64,000 bases of DNA from Scyliorhinus canicula. Lineage: Eukaryota. The DNA is taken from NCBI RefSeq assembly GCF_902713615.1, contig NW_024056010.1, positions 310,001 through 374,000 of the forward strand, in the 5' to 3' direction. Under the pieces are notes generated by a model. The model was given only the letters and a program-made list of their open reading frames with translations. It ran no database searches and was not told the origin of the DNA. Within the stretch, counting starts at the first letter, position 1; every line of letters starts with the position of its first letter. Positions 38,395 through 50,338 of the stretch are shown in pieces. The translations under genes were made by a program, and so were the position numbers.

Positions 38395-38862
38395 CTGGGA
38401 TTATTAACATCAACTCAAACAAACTCCATCTGACAGAATGAACATGGTTCAGTCCTGGATGTGATTTAGGTTCAGTCCTGGATGTGATTAACATCAATAA
38501 CAGCAGAGTCCTGGAGGCACTTGTGAACTCGCTGGTGTGTCTGCAGGGTAGATGCCCAAATGAATCCCTTCCCACGTTGGGAACAGATCAACACTCCCTC
38601 ACTGCGCTGAATGCGCTGGTGTTTCAGCCGGAGGGAATGCTGTGCGAATCCCTTCCCACACACTGAGCAGGTGAACGGCCTCTCTCCAGTGTGACTGCGT
38701 TGGTGAATCAGCAGATCCATTTTACCTTTGAAACTCTTCTCACAGGTGGAACATTTAAAAGGTCTCGTGTCAGAGTGAACACGTTGGTGTGAAGTGAGGT
38801 GGGCAGAGTGAGTGAATCTCTTTCCACACTCAAGGCAGGGTAATGGTCTTTACCCAGCGTGA
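38395..38862 (-). pseudogene. C2H2 zinc-finger 3' fragment 2
   Basis: [16 protein letters not shown], degenerate fingers, paralogous to fragment 1; 5' end replaced by SINE sequence. Confidence 0.85.
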
Positions 38863-39682
38863 ACGCGCTATAAATTGCCCGAGTGTCCAAAAGGTGAAAT
38901 GGGGTTACGGGGAGAGGGCAGGGGAAGTGCGCCTGTGTTGCGTGCTCTTTTGTCGGGTTGGTGCAAGCTCAATGGGCCAAATGGCCTCCTTATGCACTGT
39001 AGGGATTCGACAATGCTGCCAGGCCTGTGGAGTTAATCTGGCATTTTCAGTTTTAACTCTAGATTACACACATTTGTAATCCACTAATTATATCTACGAG
39101 GAGCAGTGTGCTGATGTTTCAGCTATTCCGGCCTTGGGTGACTGTGTGGAGTTTGCACATTCTCCCCGTGTCTGTGTGGGTTCCCTCCGGGTGCTCCAGT
39201 TTTCTCCCAGTCCAAAGATGGGCAAGTTAGGTGGATTGGCCGTGCTAAATTGCCCCTTAGTGTCCAAACAAAGGTTAGGTGGGTGAGGCATGGGCTGAAG
39301 TAGGGTACCATATCCGATGGCCGGTGCAGGCTCGATGGGCTGAATGGCCTCCTTCTGCCTGAACCGATGGATGTGACTGGTGGGATTTCCCTGGGGGTAG
39401 CACAATTGATTCACAGCACCAGGGTTCAGAGTTCAATTCCCACTTGTATCACTGTCTGTGTGGAGTCTGCACGTTCTCCCCATGCCTGCATGGGATTCCT
39501 CCGGGTGCTCCGGTTTCCTCCCACAAGTCCCGAAAGACATACTTATTAGGTGAATTGGACATTCTGAATTCTCCCTCTATGTACCCAAACAGCCGCCGGA
39601 ATGTGGCGACTAGGGGCTTTTCACTGTTACTTCATTGCAGTATTAATGTAAGCCTACTTGTAACAATAATAAAGATTATGTG

Positions 39683-40010
39683 TTTGTGTATTTTAGGTAG
39701 AACTTCCTTGGTTCTACCTGTTGTTCCTTCAGATATTCCATCTGTTTTTGGTTAATGTGTCTGGAGTCTGAGTTCTTCCAGTCTGTCTCCAATTCTCCTT
39801 CCTGTCTGGGGTATATTGGTGTAGGTAGCTTGGTGTTGTGATTCATGCTGTTTAGTTGTCTGTCTGTCTCCAGTAGGTATTGTTGTCCCTCGATAATGAC
39901 TGCTGCTACCCTTGTCTTCTGATCTTATGAACATATCAATGTTGGATCCAAGCTCCCAGATTGTCTGTCTTTCTCTCCGGGTGAGATTCTGTTTGTTTCT
40001 TGTATTTCAC
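39683..40010 (-). mobile_element. Penelope-like RT fragment
   Basis: Degenerate frame ending ..KIHK; continues as PPG-like codons at about 39380-39400 beyond a SINE (about 39395-39680); paralog at 52305-52642. Confidence 0.65.
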
Positions 40011-40550
40011 TGTGACAGGGCAGAGACCTGATTGAAGGGACTCAAACATGGGAGTTTTGGGAAAGATGGGCAAGGATTTGGGAGGTGGCAATATGTTTTG
40101 GAAAGGAGAGGGAGGTTGAAGATGGGGCAGTAATTTGTAAGGATGGCAGGGTCAAGGGTTTGTTTTATGGAGGAGGAGGTGATGATGGCAGATTTGAAGG
40201 ATAGAGGGACACTTGAAGAGAAAAATGTTGACAATATCCGTGGACTCAGTAGTTGGCTGATCAGTAGCTCAGTGGGAATATGGTCAATGAAGCAGAAGCT
40301 GGGTCTCATGGACAAGATGGGCTATGAGAGGGAACGAGGGGAGATGGGAGAGAAACTAGAGAAAGATGTGGGTTCAGGGCTTGGGGAAGGATGACATTTA
40401 GAGACAGTTTGGTCCGGTGGGTTTGTGTAAGGGAGGGAAGCAGCAGAGGCAGCTGATCGGATTGATTCAATCTCAGTCACAAAGAAGCTCCACAAGCTCC
40501 TCACACTTCTTGTTGGAGGTGAGGATGGAAGAGACAGGGGAGAGCGAGAG
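40010..40550 (-). mobile_element. L2-clade LINE fragment
   Basis: ORF 40007-40315 LDPAILTNYCPIFNLPLLSK, resembling the L2 RT motif NYRPISNLP. Confidence 0.7.
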
Positions 40551-40989
40551 TACTTCAAAAGGAACTAACTTGTGTCAGAGATATTAAAAAGTTTCAACAC
40601 ACTGCGTATTTCACACAAATCTGATGTATTTGACTTTTAGCCAGAATATTAGCCCCTGTAAATGGGCTGGAGTTTGTTATCAGCAGAAAGAGACCCAAAT
40701 GAACATGGTTCAGTCCTGAATGTGAAGAACAGCAAAAATCAAACACTGCACAGCGATCAAAGAACAATACAGCACAGGAACAGTCCGTTCGGCCCTCCAA
40801 GCTTGTACCGGTCATGATAGCTACCTTGGCCAAAACCCTTGTGCCATATCCCACTATATCCATCTTGTCCATGTGTTTGTCAAGATGCTTTTTGAATGCC
40901 GTTAAGGTAACTGCTGTGTGGCCTCGTTGGTGTGTCAGGAGGTGGGATGAAGCGGTAAATCCCTTCTCACATTTGGAGCAGGTGAACAG

Positions 40990-42285
40990 TCACTCTCCAG
41001 TGTGAACTCGCTGGTGCCTCTGCAGGGTGGATAAGTGAGTGAATCCCGTCCCACACTTGTGGCAGGTGAATGGCCTCTCTCCAGTGTGAACTGGCTGGTG
41101 CCTCTGCAGGTCGGATGAATCAATGAATCCCTTCCCACACCAGGAGCAGGTGAATGGCCTCTTCCCAGTGTGAATTCTCTGGTGTCTCCGCAGGGCTGAT
41201 GACTGAGTGAATCCCTTCTCACACCAGGAGCAGGTGAATGGTTTCTCCCCAGTGTGAACTTGCTGGTGTTTCTCCAGGTCGGATGACCGAGTGAATCCTT
41301 TCCCACACTTGGAGCAGGTGAATGGCCTCCCCCCAGTGTGAATTCGCTGGTGCTTCTCCAGGTCAGATGACTGAGGGAATCCCATCCGACACCAAGAACA
41401 GGTGAATGGCCTCCCCCCAATGTGAATTCGCTGGTGTTTGCGCAGGGCCGATGACTGAGTGAATCCCTTCCCACACTGAGAGCAGGTGAATGGCCTCTCC
41501 CCAGTGTGAATTCGCTGGTGGTTCCGCAGAGTGGATGACTGAGCGAATCCCTTCCCACACTGAGAGCAGGTGAATGGCCTCTTCCCAGTGTGAATTCGCT
41601 GGTGTGACAGCAGGTTGGATGACTGAGTGAATCCCTTCCCACATTGGGAGCAGATGAACGGCCTCTCCGCAGTGTGAATTCGCTGATGTACAGTGAGGTA
41701 AAATGATCGTGTGAACCCAGTCCCACAGTGAGAGCACCGGAATGGTTTCTCGTCAGTGTGAACACGTTGATGGATCAGCAGTTCCGCAGAACATCTGTAG
41801 CACTTCCCGCAATCTGGACATTGAAAAGGTCTCTCATCAGTGTGAACTCGCTGGTGTTTGCGTAGGGCGGATGGCTGAGTGAATCCTTTCCCACACTTGG
41901 AGCAGGTGAATGGTCTCTCCCCAACATGAATTCGCTGGTGTTTGCGTAGGGCGGATGGCTGAGTGAATCCTTTCCCACACTTGGAGCAGGTGAATGGTCT
42001 CACCCCAATGTGAATACGCTGGTGTTTGTGCAAGTGGGATAACTGAGTGAATCCCTTCCCACACTTGAAGCAGGTGAATGGTCTCTCTCCAGTGTGACTG
42101 CGCCGATGAATTTCCAGCCTGGATGGGTAAGTACATCCTTTCCCACAGTCCGCACATTTCCACTGTTTCTCCTCAGTGTGACTGCATTTGTGGCTTTTGA
42201 GGACCGATGATCGACTGAATCCTCGTCCACACACACGACACGTGTACGATTTCTCCCCACTGTGAACGATACTTTTTTCTTCCAT
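40990..42285 (-). CDS. C2H2 zinc-finger protein A, 15 fingers, 431 aa from MEEKS; no KRAB seen
   Basis: Open ORF with TGERP-type linkers; acceptor ttcacag/ places the exon start at 42393; an upstream coding exon cannot be excluded. Confidence 0.9.
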   Translation of the reverse strand: MEEKSIVHSGEKSYTCRVCGRGFSRSSVLKSHKCSHTEEKQWKCADCGKGCTYPSRLEIHRRSHTGERPFTCFKCGKGFTQLSHLHKHQRIHIGVRPFTCSKCGKGFTQPSALRKHQRIHVGERPFTCSKCGKGFTQPSALRKHQRVHTDERPFQCPDCGKCYRCSAELLIHQRVHTDEKPFRCSHCGTGFTRSFYLTVHQRIHTAERPFICSQCGKGFTQSSNLLSHQRIHTGKRPFTCSQCGKGFAQSSTLRNHQRIHTGERPFTCSQCGKGFTQSSALRKHQRIHIGGRPFTCSWCRMGFPQSSDLEKHQRIHTGGRPFTCSKCGKGFTRSSDLEKHQQVHTGEKPFTCSWCEKGFTQSSALRRHQRIHTGKRPFTCSWCGKGFIDSSDLQRHQPVHTGERPFTCHKCGTGFTHLSTLQRHQRVHTGE

Positions 42286-44579
42286 GTTCAAAATCCGCAG
42301 ATATTCAGGATTTGATGAATTGAGGGCTCTGTCAGATCCTGATGTGATGCTTGGTTTGAGTTTCCAGACTTTGAATCCTCCCCTTCGAACACCCTGTGAA
42401 ACTGATTTAAAACAGAAAATAGGGAGTGAGAGAGAACCCACAAAAACACAAAGGCAGGTTGTGAAATTGAGCTGAATGAAGCTGGTCATTTGTGGGGCCG
42501 GCTCTGGGAAAAAGTGACCATGAGAGCTGGTGGATTGTCATAAAAACCCAACTGGCCTGTTTGGGAGGAGAGAGAAAGAGGCGAAGAGAGATTTTGTACA
42601 TCTACAAGACATAGCGAGAGAGTAATTGGCAAAGCAAACTCGACCTTGAGCTTCATAATTAGAAATATTGATACCGAAACAGGATAGCTAGGCTTCAGGT
42701 GGCACAATGATTAGCACTGCTGCCTCACAGTGCCAGGGACTCGGGTTCAATTCCGACCTTGGTGACTGTCTGCGTGGGTTTCCACCCGGTGCTCAGGTTT
42801 CCTTCAACAATCCAAAGAAGGGAAAGTTAGGTGGATTGGCCTTGATAAATTGCCCGTTAGTGTCCAGGGATGTGCAGGTTAGGTGGGGCTATGGGGTTAC
42901 AGGGACAGGGTAAGGGTGTGGGCCTTGGCAGGGTGCCCTTTCAGAGAATCAGTGCAGACGTGATGGGCCGAATGGCCTCCTTCTGCACTGTAGAAATTCT
43001 ATGGTTCTAATTCAATTCAATGAATCTTTATAAAGCTCTGGTTACCACTCTTCAGGAAGGATGTGAAAATTATTGGAGAAGGTGCAGAGGAGATTTAACA
43101 GAATGGTTCCAGCAAAGAGGTTGAGGGGAGATTTGATTCAGGTCCACAAGATTATGCCAGATTTCCATGGGGTGGATAAAGAAACTCTGTTTCCATTCAC
43201 TGATCGTACAAGCAGTTTTGCGTAAAACTTGGATTGAACAATATAAGATCCTGAGGGGTGGATATGGAGAGGATGTTTCCTCTTGTGGGAGAATCTGGAA
43301 CAAGGGTGTCACTGTTGCAAAGTGAGGGGTCACCCATTTAAGATGGAGATGAGGATTTATTTTTCTCTTGAGGGCTGCAAGACAGTGGGTGGCATAGTGC
43401 GTAGCACTGCTGCCTCACAGCACCAGGGACCCAGGTTCAATTACCACCCTGACTATGTGGAGTTTGCAGTTTCTTCCCGTGTCTGTGTGGGTTTCCTCCG
43501 GGTGCTCCAGTTTCCTCCCACAGTTCAAAGATGTGCAGGTTAGGCTGAATCGGTTAGGATTGTATTCACTAGAATGAGAATTCAGAAGAAAGGGGGGGGG
43601 GGATCTCATAGAAACCTATAAAAAGTGGGTGGCGCAGTGGTTAGCACTGCTGCCTCATGTCGCCAAGGACCCGGGTTCGATCCCTGCCCCGGGTCATTGT
43701 CTGTGTGGAGTTTGCACATTCTCCCTGTGTTTGCATGGGTCTCACCCCACAAATCCAAAAATGTGCAGGGTAGGTAGATTGGCCACGCTAAAACTGCCCC
43801 TTAATTGCAAAAAAAAAATTGGGCTCTCTAAATTTATGTTTTAAAAAAAACAGGGCGAGACAGAGTAGATTCAGGAAGGATGTTCCCGATAGTGGTGTGT
43901 TCAGAAATAGGGGTCACAGTCTGAGGATACGGGGTAGACCATTTAGGGCAGAGATGAGGAGAAATTTCTTCACCCAGAGAGCGGTGAGCCTGTGGAATGC
44001 GTCGCCACAGGAATTAATTAAAGCCAAAACATTGCATGTTTTCAAGAAGTAGTTAGATACAGCACTGAGGGTGAAGGGGATCAAAGGATACGGGGGGAAA
44101 GCGGGATTAGGCTATTGAGCCTAATCAGCTCTGATCGCTATGAATGATGGAGCAGGCTCGAAGGGCCAAATGGTCTCCTCCTGGTCCTATTTTCTACATT
44201 GCTCCATATCTGTGCCTGTAAATGGTCCAGAAGGTATGAGGAAGAATGTTTTTACACAGCCAGTGGCAATGACCTTAAACTTGCTGCCCAGGACAGTGTT
44301 TGGAAATAGACACAATAAATGATTTTTTTTTTTTAATTGGATAGAAACCTGAGAGAAATACCTGGGACCTCGGCGCTGGGAGGCAACAGTGCTACTCACT
44401 GCGTCACCGTGCTGCCAGCTGACATTGACATTTTAGTCTAATCTCGCCTTGTAATTTAACCCCGGGGGGTTCAGATATCACTCGGGTAAATCTGTGCTCA
44501 CTCCCTCCAAGGCCATTCTATCCTTCCTCAGGTTTGTTGCCCAGAACTGAACACAGTTCTCCAGGTTTGGTCGAACCAG

Positions 44580-44775
44580 AGTTTGTGAATCTGGGGGCTT
44601 TTCCAGTCACACTGAGACCTGAAATCTTCCCTCACAGACAGAACAGACAAACCTTTTACCTTCCACACCCAGATGCTGCTGAAATTCTGGTTCTAATGAA
44701 CCGAGTGACTCTGTCAGATCGCGATGTGACGTTTGGTTTGCGTTTCCCGTCTGTTAAACCTCCACTTCCAGTATC
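44580..44775 (-). pseudogene. 5' remnant of a ZNF main exon
   Basis: Acceptor aatttacag/gatactgg; DLTESLGSLEPEF..FVCSVCEGRF then stop; homologous to 42300-42393 and 50252-50340; truncated by a CR1 piece. Confidence 0.65.
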
Positions 44776-45469
44776 CTGTAAATTTACAGAAACCTCACTG
44801 TCAGTTTAGGATAGAAATTCACAACATTCTCTCCTTGCCAACTTTGATTAAATGTGTTCCTGGAGGTTTGATCACATGACCTGTCACCATCCTGGGTGGT
44901 GGTTTAGCACACTGGGCTAAATCGCTGGCTTTTAAAGCAGGCCAGCAGCACGGTTCAATTCCCATACCAGCCTCCTGAACAGGCGCCGGAATGTGGCGAC
45001 TAGGGGCTTTTCACAGTAACTTCATTGAAGCCTACTCGTGACAATAAGTGATTTTCATTTTCATTTCCTCCAGCCATTAATCAGTCAACACATCCATCTT
45101 TGTGACACACTGCCTTCCTTGGCCAATTGGGAAGCAAAAGGACTCCTGACCTACCAGGAAAATGTTTGACTTGGGCAGCACGGTGGTGCAGTGGTTAGCA
45201 TTGCTGTCTCACGGCGCTGAGGTCACAGGTTTGCTCCGGGTCACTGACCGTGTGGAGTTTGCACATTTCACCCCCACAACCCAAAGATGTGCAGGTTAGG
45301 TGGATTGGCTAGGCTAAATTGCCCTTTAATTTGAAAAACTGAATTGGGAATTCTAAATTTATTTTAAAAAAGTAAAAAAGATTGACTGTCAGCCAAACAA
45401 CCTTTATCTCATTTTCAATATTTTCCTATCCGCTGAGGAGAAATGTTCAAAAGTATTTTTTACTGTCTT

Positions 45470-45812
45470 AGAACATAGAACAGTACAGCACAGAACAGGC
45501 CCTTCGGCCCTCAATGTTGTGCCGAGCCATGATCACCCTACTCAAACCCACATATCCACCCTATACCCGTAACCCAACAACCCCCCCTTAACCTTACTTT
45601 TATTAGGACACTACAGGCAATTTAGCATGGCCAATCCACCTAACCCGCACATCTTTGGACTGTGGGAGGAAACCGGAGCACCCGGAGGAAACCCACGCAC
45701 ACAGGGGGAGGACGTGCAGACTCCACACAGACAGTGACCCAGCCGGGAATCGAACCTGGGACCCTGGAGCTGTGAAGCATTTATGCTAACCACCATGCTA
45801 CCCTGCTGCCCA
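45470..45812 (-). mobile_element. Young full-length HE1-like SINE
   Basis: Near reverse complement of 30421-30755. Confidence 0.88.
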
Positions 45813-46119
45813 AATGACCCAAAATTAATATCTTTACTGTCCAAATCATGTTCCAGTCACAAAAATATTTTATACTGTCCCAATGATCTTCCTGCCTCCC
45901 AGATCTGAAACTAACCAAGGCAGAAGGTATAATTTGAATTCATTGAAATTTTACTTTTTAAAAATAAATTGAGTGTACCCAATTCATTGTGGCGCAACGC
46001 CTGTTCATCCGCTGTCACAGCGTCTGCATGGTCTAGCCAATGTACCACGCTTCGGGAGCTTATTGGGGGTTTGTGAATCCTCCCCGCCCACCTGCCAGGG
46101 TTTCCTTCCCAGGCAGTTC

Positions 46120-46598
46120 CCTTGCAGTCGGGGAACACTTCAGCAGTCAAGGGCATTCAGCCTCTGATCTCCGGGTAAGTGTTCTAAGGCAGCCTTTAGG
46201 ATGCGCGACAACACAGAATCGCCGAGCAGACTTTTAGCCAAGTCCCGCACACATGAGTACGGCCTCAACCGGGACCTTGGATTCATGTCACATTACATTC
46301 AACCCCCCACCATCTGGCCTGGGCTTGCAAAATGCTACCAACTGTCCAAGCTTGAGACAATTCACACCTCTTTAACCTGGATTCCCCCTCTCTCTGGATC
46401 TGTCAAGACTTAATTACCTGCAAATGCTCGCATTCAAAGCATTGTCTGGCATCTTTGACTTTCCCTATGTATATATTTCTGGAACATACCTCTTCATTCA
46501 CCTGAGGAAGGAGCAGTGCTCCAAAAGCTAGTGATTTGAAACAAACCTATTGGACATTAACCTGGTGTCAGACTTCCAACACCGGCATCTCCACATCA
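46120..46598 (+). mobile_element. Penelope-like element 3' end (GIY-YIG C-terminus plus terminal repeat)
   Basis: VGEHFSSQGHSASDLRVSVL and RTHEYGLNRDLGFMSHY; degenerate hammerhead at 46498-46534. Confidence 0.8.
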
Positions 46599-46610
46599 GT
46601 GTCACAATGC

Positions 46611-47150
46611 CCAGGGACTGATTGACGGCGGGTTCGGACCAATAGAAAGAGGGGGCGGATCTGGAGGACCGAACAAGGGCGGCTGGTCCTCCAGCCAATC
46701 AGAGTGAATGGGAGGCGGAGCAAAGCCGGGCCTTCACTCCCTCCGCATGCGCCCGGCCACCCGGGCCTGTCTCGGGGAAAAGCCCGAACAGCGATCGCCA
46801 ATTCAACTCCCATATCCGAGCTTCGTAATCCGAATTTAGGGCCTACACGGAGTGTTTATGAAACCTCCCGACCCATCCACTGGCTCCATCTCTCCCTTAT
46901 GACTCACCGATCTGAAATTGACCGGCTGATAATTTCCACCCGACCGCCAAAATCCTGAACTTACACTGCGCATGCTCTAATACAGGATGGTGATTGGGGC
47001 TCAGTCACGTCCCTGATTCACTCTGATTGGTTGGAGGAGGGGTTGGGTCCTCCAGCCCCGCCAGTTTCTTTCTATTGGTCTAGAGCTGCCGTCAATCACT
47101 CCCCGGGCATGGTGATGTGGAGCATGCGCAGTGCCGATGCTGGACTCGGC
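46611..47150. promoter_or_regulatory. CpG-rich promoter-like region with inverted CCAAT/GC-box modules
   Basis: Several CCAAT/ATTGG, a gggggcgg box, NRF1-like gcatgcgc; minus-strand donor cg/gtgagt at 46908/46907. Confidence 0.65.
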
Positions 47151-47789
47151 TGAGAGGTTTCGCCGGAATCAAACCCGCGTCCCTGGTGCTGTGAAGCACC
47201 AGTGCTAATCACTGTGCCATCGTGGGGTACAGGAGCAGAGGTCATTAAAGGTGGTAGGATAGGTGAAGACAACAGTTAAGGCATATGGGTCAGCACGGTA
47301 GCACAGTTGTTCACAGCTCCAGGTTCGGTTCCCATCTGGGTCACTGTCTGTGTGAAGTCCGCACGCTCTCCCTGTGTCTGCATGGCTTCCCTCTGGGTGC
47401 TCCAGTTGTCTCCGACAATTCCCGAAAGATGTGCTTGTTAGGTGAATTCCACATTCTGAATTCTCCTTCCGTGAACCCGAACAGGTGCCAGAATGTGGTG
47501 ACTAGGAACTTTTCACTGTAACATCGTTGCAGTGTTAATGTAAGCCTACTTGTTTCAATAAAAATTATTAAAGGTTATTATAATATTCAATAATAAGGGC
47601 ATGGAGTACAGTAGCAAGCTGGTTATGCTAAACTTATATGAGACACTAACTGGACCACAGAACTGTACACAATATTCCAACGGTGGTCCATGGAGGACTT
47701 CTTCCAACTAACAACAGGAGACCCAGGGACAGGCAACAATAGGTAATTTCAATTCAAGCATGGAGGGAACTATCCTAGTGAATCGTTTG

Positions 47790-48620
47790 TAGGAGCACCT
47801 TCCCCTGAACCAGATGTTTGACTTTCCAACCTAAATGTTTAATATTACCTGGCTGGAGGTCAGAAAGGAAAATTTGAAGAGTGGTGATCGTATGACATTG
47901 CCCACGAGCATGGTGACCATCCACATCTAGTCCCTTTTGGATAAAATCAAACATAGTACTTATTCTCAATCTAGTTATCAGACTTCTTAAATTTTGTACC
48001 TGACACACTTATTTCCATAGTAAGATAGATACCGTGCTTCCTTCCCTCAGTTCTGAATAGCACATAAAAGACTTGTTCTTCCCAATTTATCCCGACCATC
48101 ATGTGGAACTTCCCAATTAGTCTTCCTGCTGCATGACCGGATTAGTTTGGACACAGGTTCAGGTGCTGATAAACATCCTGGTGTTTCCTCAGCCACCAGT
48201 ACTAATTATGAGCATATGGGGACATGAAAGTGAAACACTCACCCAATTTGATCCCTAAACAAAAAATCTTTTTGTAAGACATCCAGATGTGACCCAAATC
48301 GAATTAGAGCCTCTTTGTGATAGAAAACCTCATCGTGTAGGATGGGTGAGTCCTTGCTGTGAGAGATAAGGGAAAGTCTATCACCTCTTTACCATTCTCA
48401 CGCTAGGGTATGGGTCCTGACAAGTGTTTTAAATCAGGTTTATCTGGAGTCTGTCATACCGGTGCCAATTATTGTAATTTGGGTGGATCCCATGGACCTT
48501 CCTCTGGAGCAGCATTCCTGGTGAGTCAGACTGCCTGGTTATTACCATCACCCTCTTCACCAACTCCTGCTACTGATGTACCTTCACCTCGCAAATAACA
48601 ACTAGTTCTGGACAATTACT
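47790..48620 (-). mobile_element. Very degenerate LTR-retroelement integrase remnant
   Basis: Broken frames GINWEEQVFYVLFR and FHVP resemble integrase core C-terminal motifs. Confidence 0.4.
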
Positions 48621-49409
48621 AGCAACATCCGAAATCATTCAGAGTTTGGACTGGTGTGTGAGTGGTTTCCTTTCTGCTGTGGAGAAGCTGTGTGTTTTTT
48701 TGCTTGATAAATATGTTTTCACTGAGAGTGTTACAACTAATGGAGCTTTCAGAATTGTGGTTGATTCTGTCAACAGTTTCAAGGGCAATAATAATGATGA
48801 TGTCCTCAGATTGATAGGCTAAATGCTGTGATGGTGTGGAGTTTGCACATTCTCCCGTGTTTGCATGGGTTTCGCCCCCACAACCCAAAGATGTGCAGGG
48901 TAGGTAGATTGGCCACGCTAAATTGTCCCTTAATTGAAAAAATGAATTGGGCATTCTAAAAGAAAACGGGCAAATCATTGTTTTCCACAGGGGTGAATGT
49001 GACTATGAACAATCCAATTGGAAAACAGCAGATACACATTGTTCTCACTCTGCCAGCAGGGCTGTGGGATTCAATGAAGAGATCTTCCAAAGAGCCAGTA
49101 CAAGTCTAATGGGCCAAACGACTTCCATTCATGCAGTATCATTCTGTGAAACACTGAATATTCAGTATCAGGAATAGAGCGAGAAAGCGAGAGGGACCAG
49201 TGACGGCGCGATTGAACCCAGCCAGAGTCAGTACCATGAGAGGAGGTAAGAGAGGAAACAGCATAGAAGCTTGAACACCTCTGCGTGGTCACACAAGAGA
49301 ACACTGAGAAAACGGAACATAGTAGATCACCAATTCACAATTTGAGATTTTTAATTAATTAATCTCAAATCGTAACAAAGTTATTTGGTTGAGTGTTTCG
49401 GATTTGATT

Positions 49410-49885
49410 GGTAGGACTATTACCAATCATTCCCTGCGGTTGTGAATGTGCCCTATTCACTCCACAGGAGGCCAGTGAGCAGGCGCAGTGCTGTATCCGG
49501 AGCATGCGCAGTGGTGTCTCCGGTGCATGCGCAGTGGAGGCTGTATCTGGAGCATGCGCATTGTCACTTTGTTCGGAGCCCTGTCCTTGCTGGAGCGCCT
49601 TTGTGGTGGGTTAGAGTCGGTGAGGCGGAGTGAGTAATGGAGCTGTGAGTCCGGGTGGAGAGGGAACGGAGGCTTCATAAACAACAGGTACAGGCCCCAC
49701 GGCCGGAATCAGATCCTGCATGTCCCGAGTTTGCAGCTGCGGAGGTTCTATCCGGGAAAGGCCCAGTTCCAGCGGCGCCATCTCTGTTCAACAGGGAGCG
49801 GGGCGCATGCGCGGTCATTTTTGCGGAGCAGCAGATTCAGGGTCCCGGTGACCAGGAGAGAAAATGTTTGAGTAAATGAAAGGTG
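49410..49885 (+). promoter_or_regulatory. CpG-island promoter and first exon of ZNF gene B
   Basis: CCAAT near 49422; three tandem gcatgcgca motifs 49501-49560; perfect GCGCATGCGC (NRF1 consensus) 49803-49812. Confidence 0.65.
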
Positions 49886-49913
49886 CGAAATACGGGCGCC
49901 CTCTTTATATGAT

Positions 49914-50040
49914 ATGGAGATGCCAGCGTTGGGCGGGGGTGGGCACAGTACGAAGTCTTAGAACACCGGGTTAAAGTCCAACAGGTTTGTTTTGAATGGC
50001 TGGCTTTCGGAGCACAGCTCCTTCCTCGGGTGAATGAGGA
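49914..50040 (-). mobile_element. Penelope-like terminal repeat with degenerate hammerhead
   Basis: Minus strand reads ttcac-ccgagga-a-ggagc tgt gctcc-gaaagcc..aaacctgttggactttaacc. Confidence 0.7.
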
Positions 50041-50338
50041 GAAATTTCTTCCCTCAGAGGGTGGTTAGTTTTTGCAATTCTCTTCCCCAGAGAACAGTGG
50101 AGGCTGCATCATTAAATATATTCGGAGCAGTGGGTGGAAAGTTACAGCATTTGGGGAATGAGATAGGAAAGCATGTTTCACAGTGTCAATTGTCTGTTCT
50201 GAATTTGTGAGCTGTACTGATAGTGATGACATTTCTAATCTCCTTTAATAGAATATTAAAAGCAAGATCTGACGGCGTCATTCGGCCATTTTACGATCAG
50301 TGTGACTGGAAAAGCACCGAGACACGGACACCAGCACT

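Noticed and set aside
40935-42260. Long alternate-frame ORFs overlapping ZNF A (e.g. 40935-41765)
   Set aside because: Shadows of the periodic 84-nt finger repeat
2372-47570. tRNA genes suggested by A/B boxes
   Set aside because: All are SINE heads that continue into SINE bodies; none forms a complete cloverleaf with a Pol III terminator
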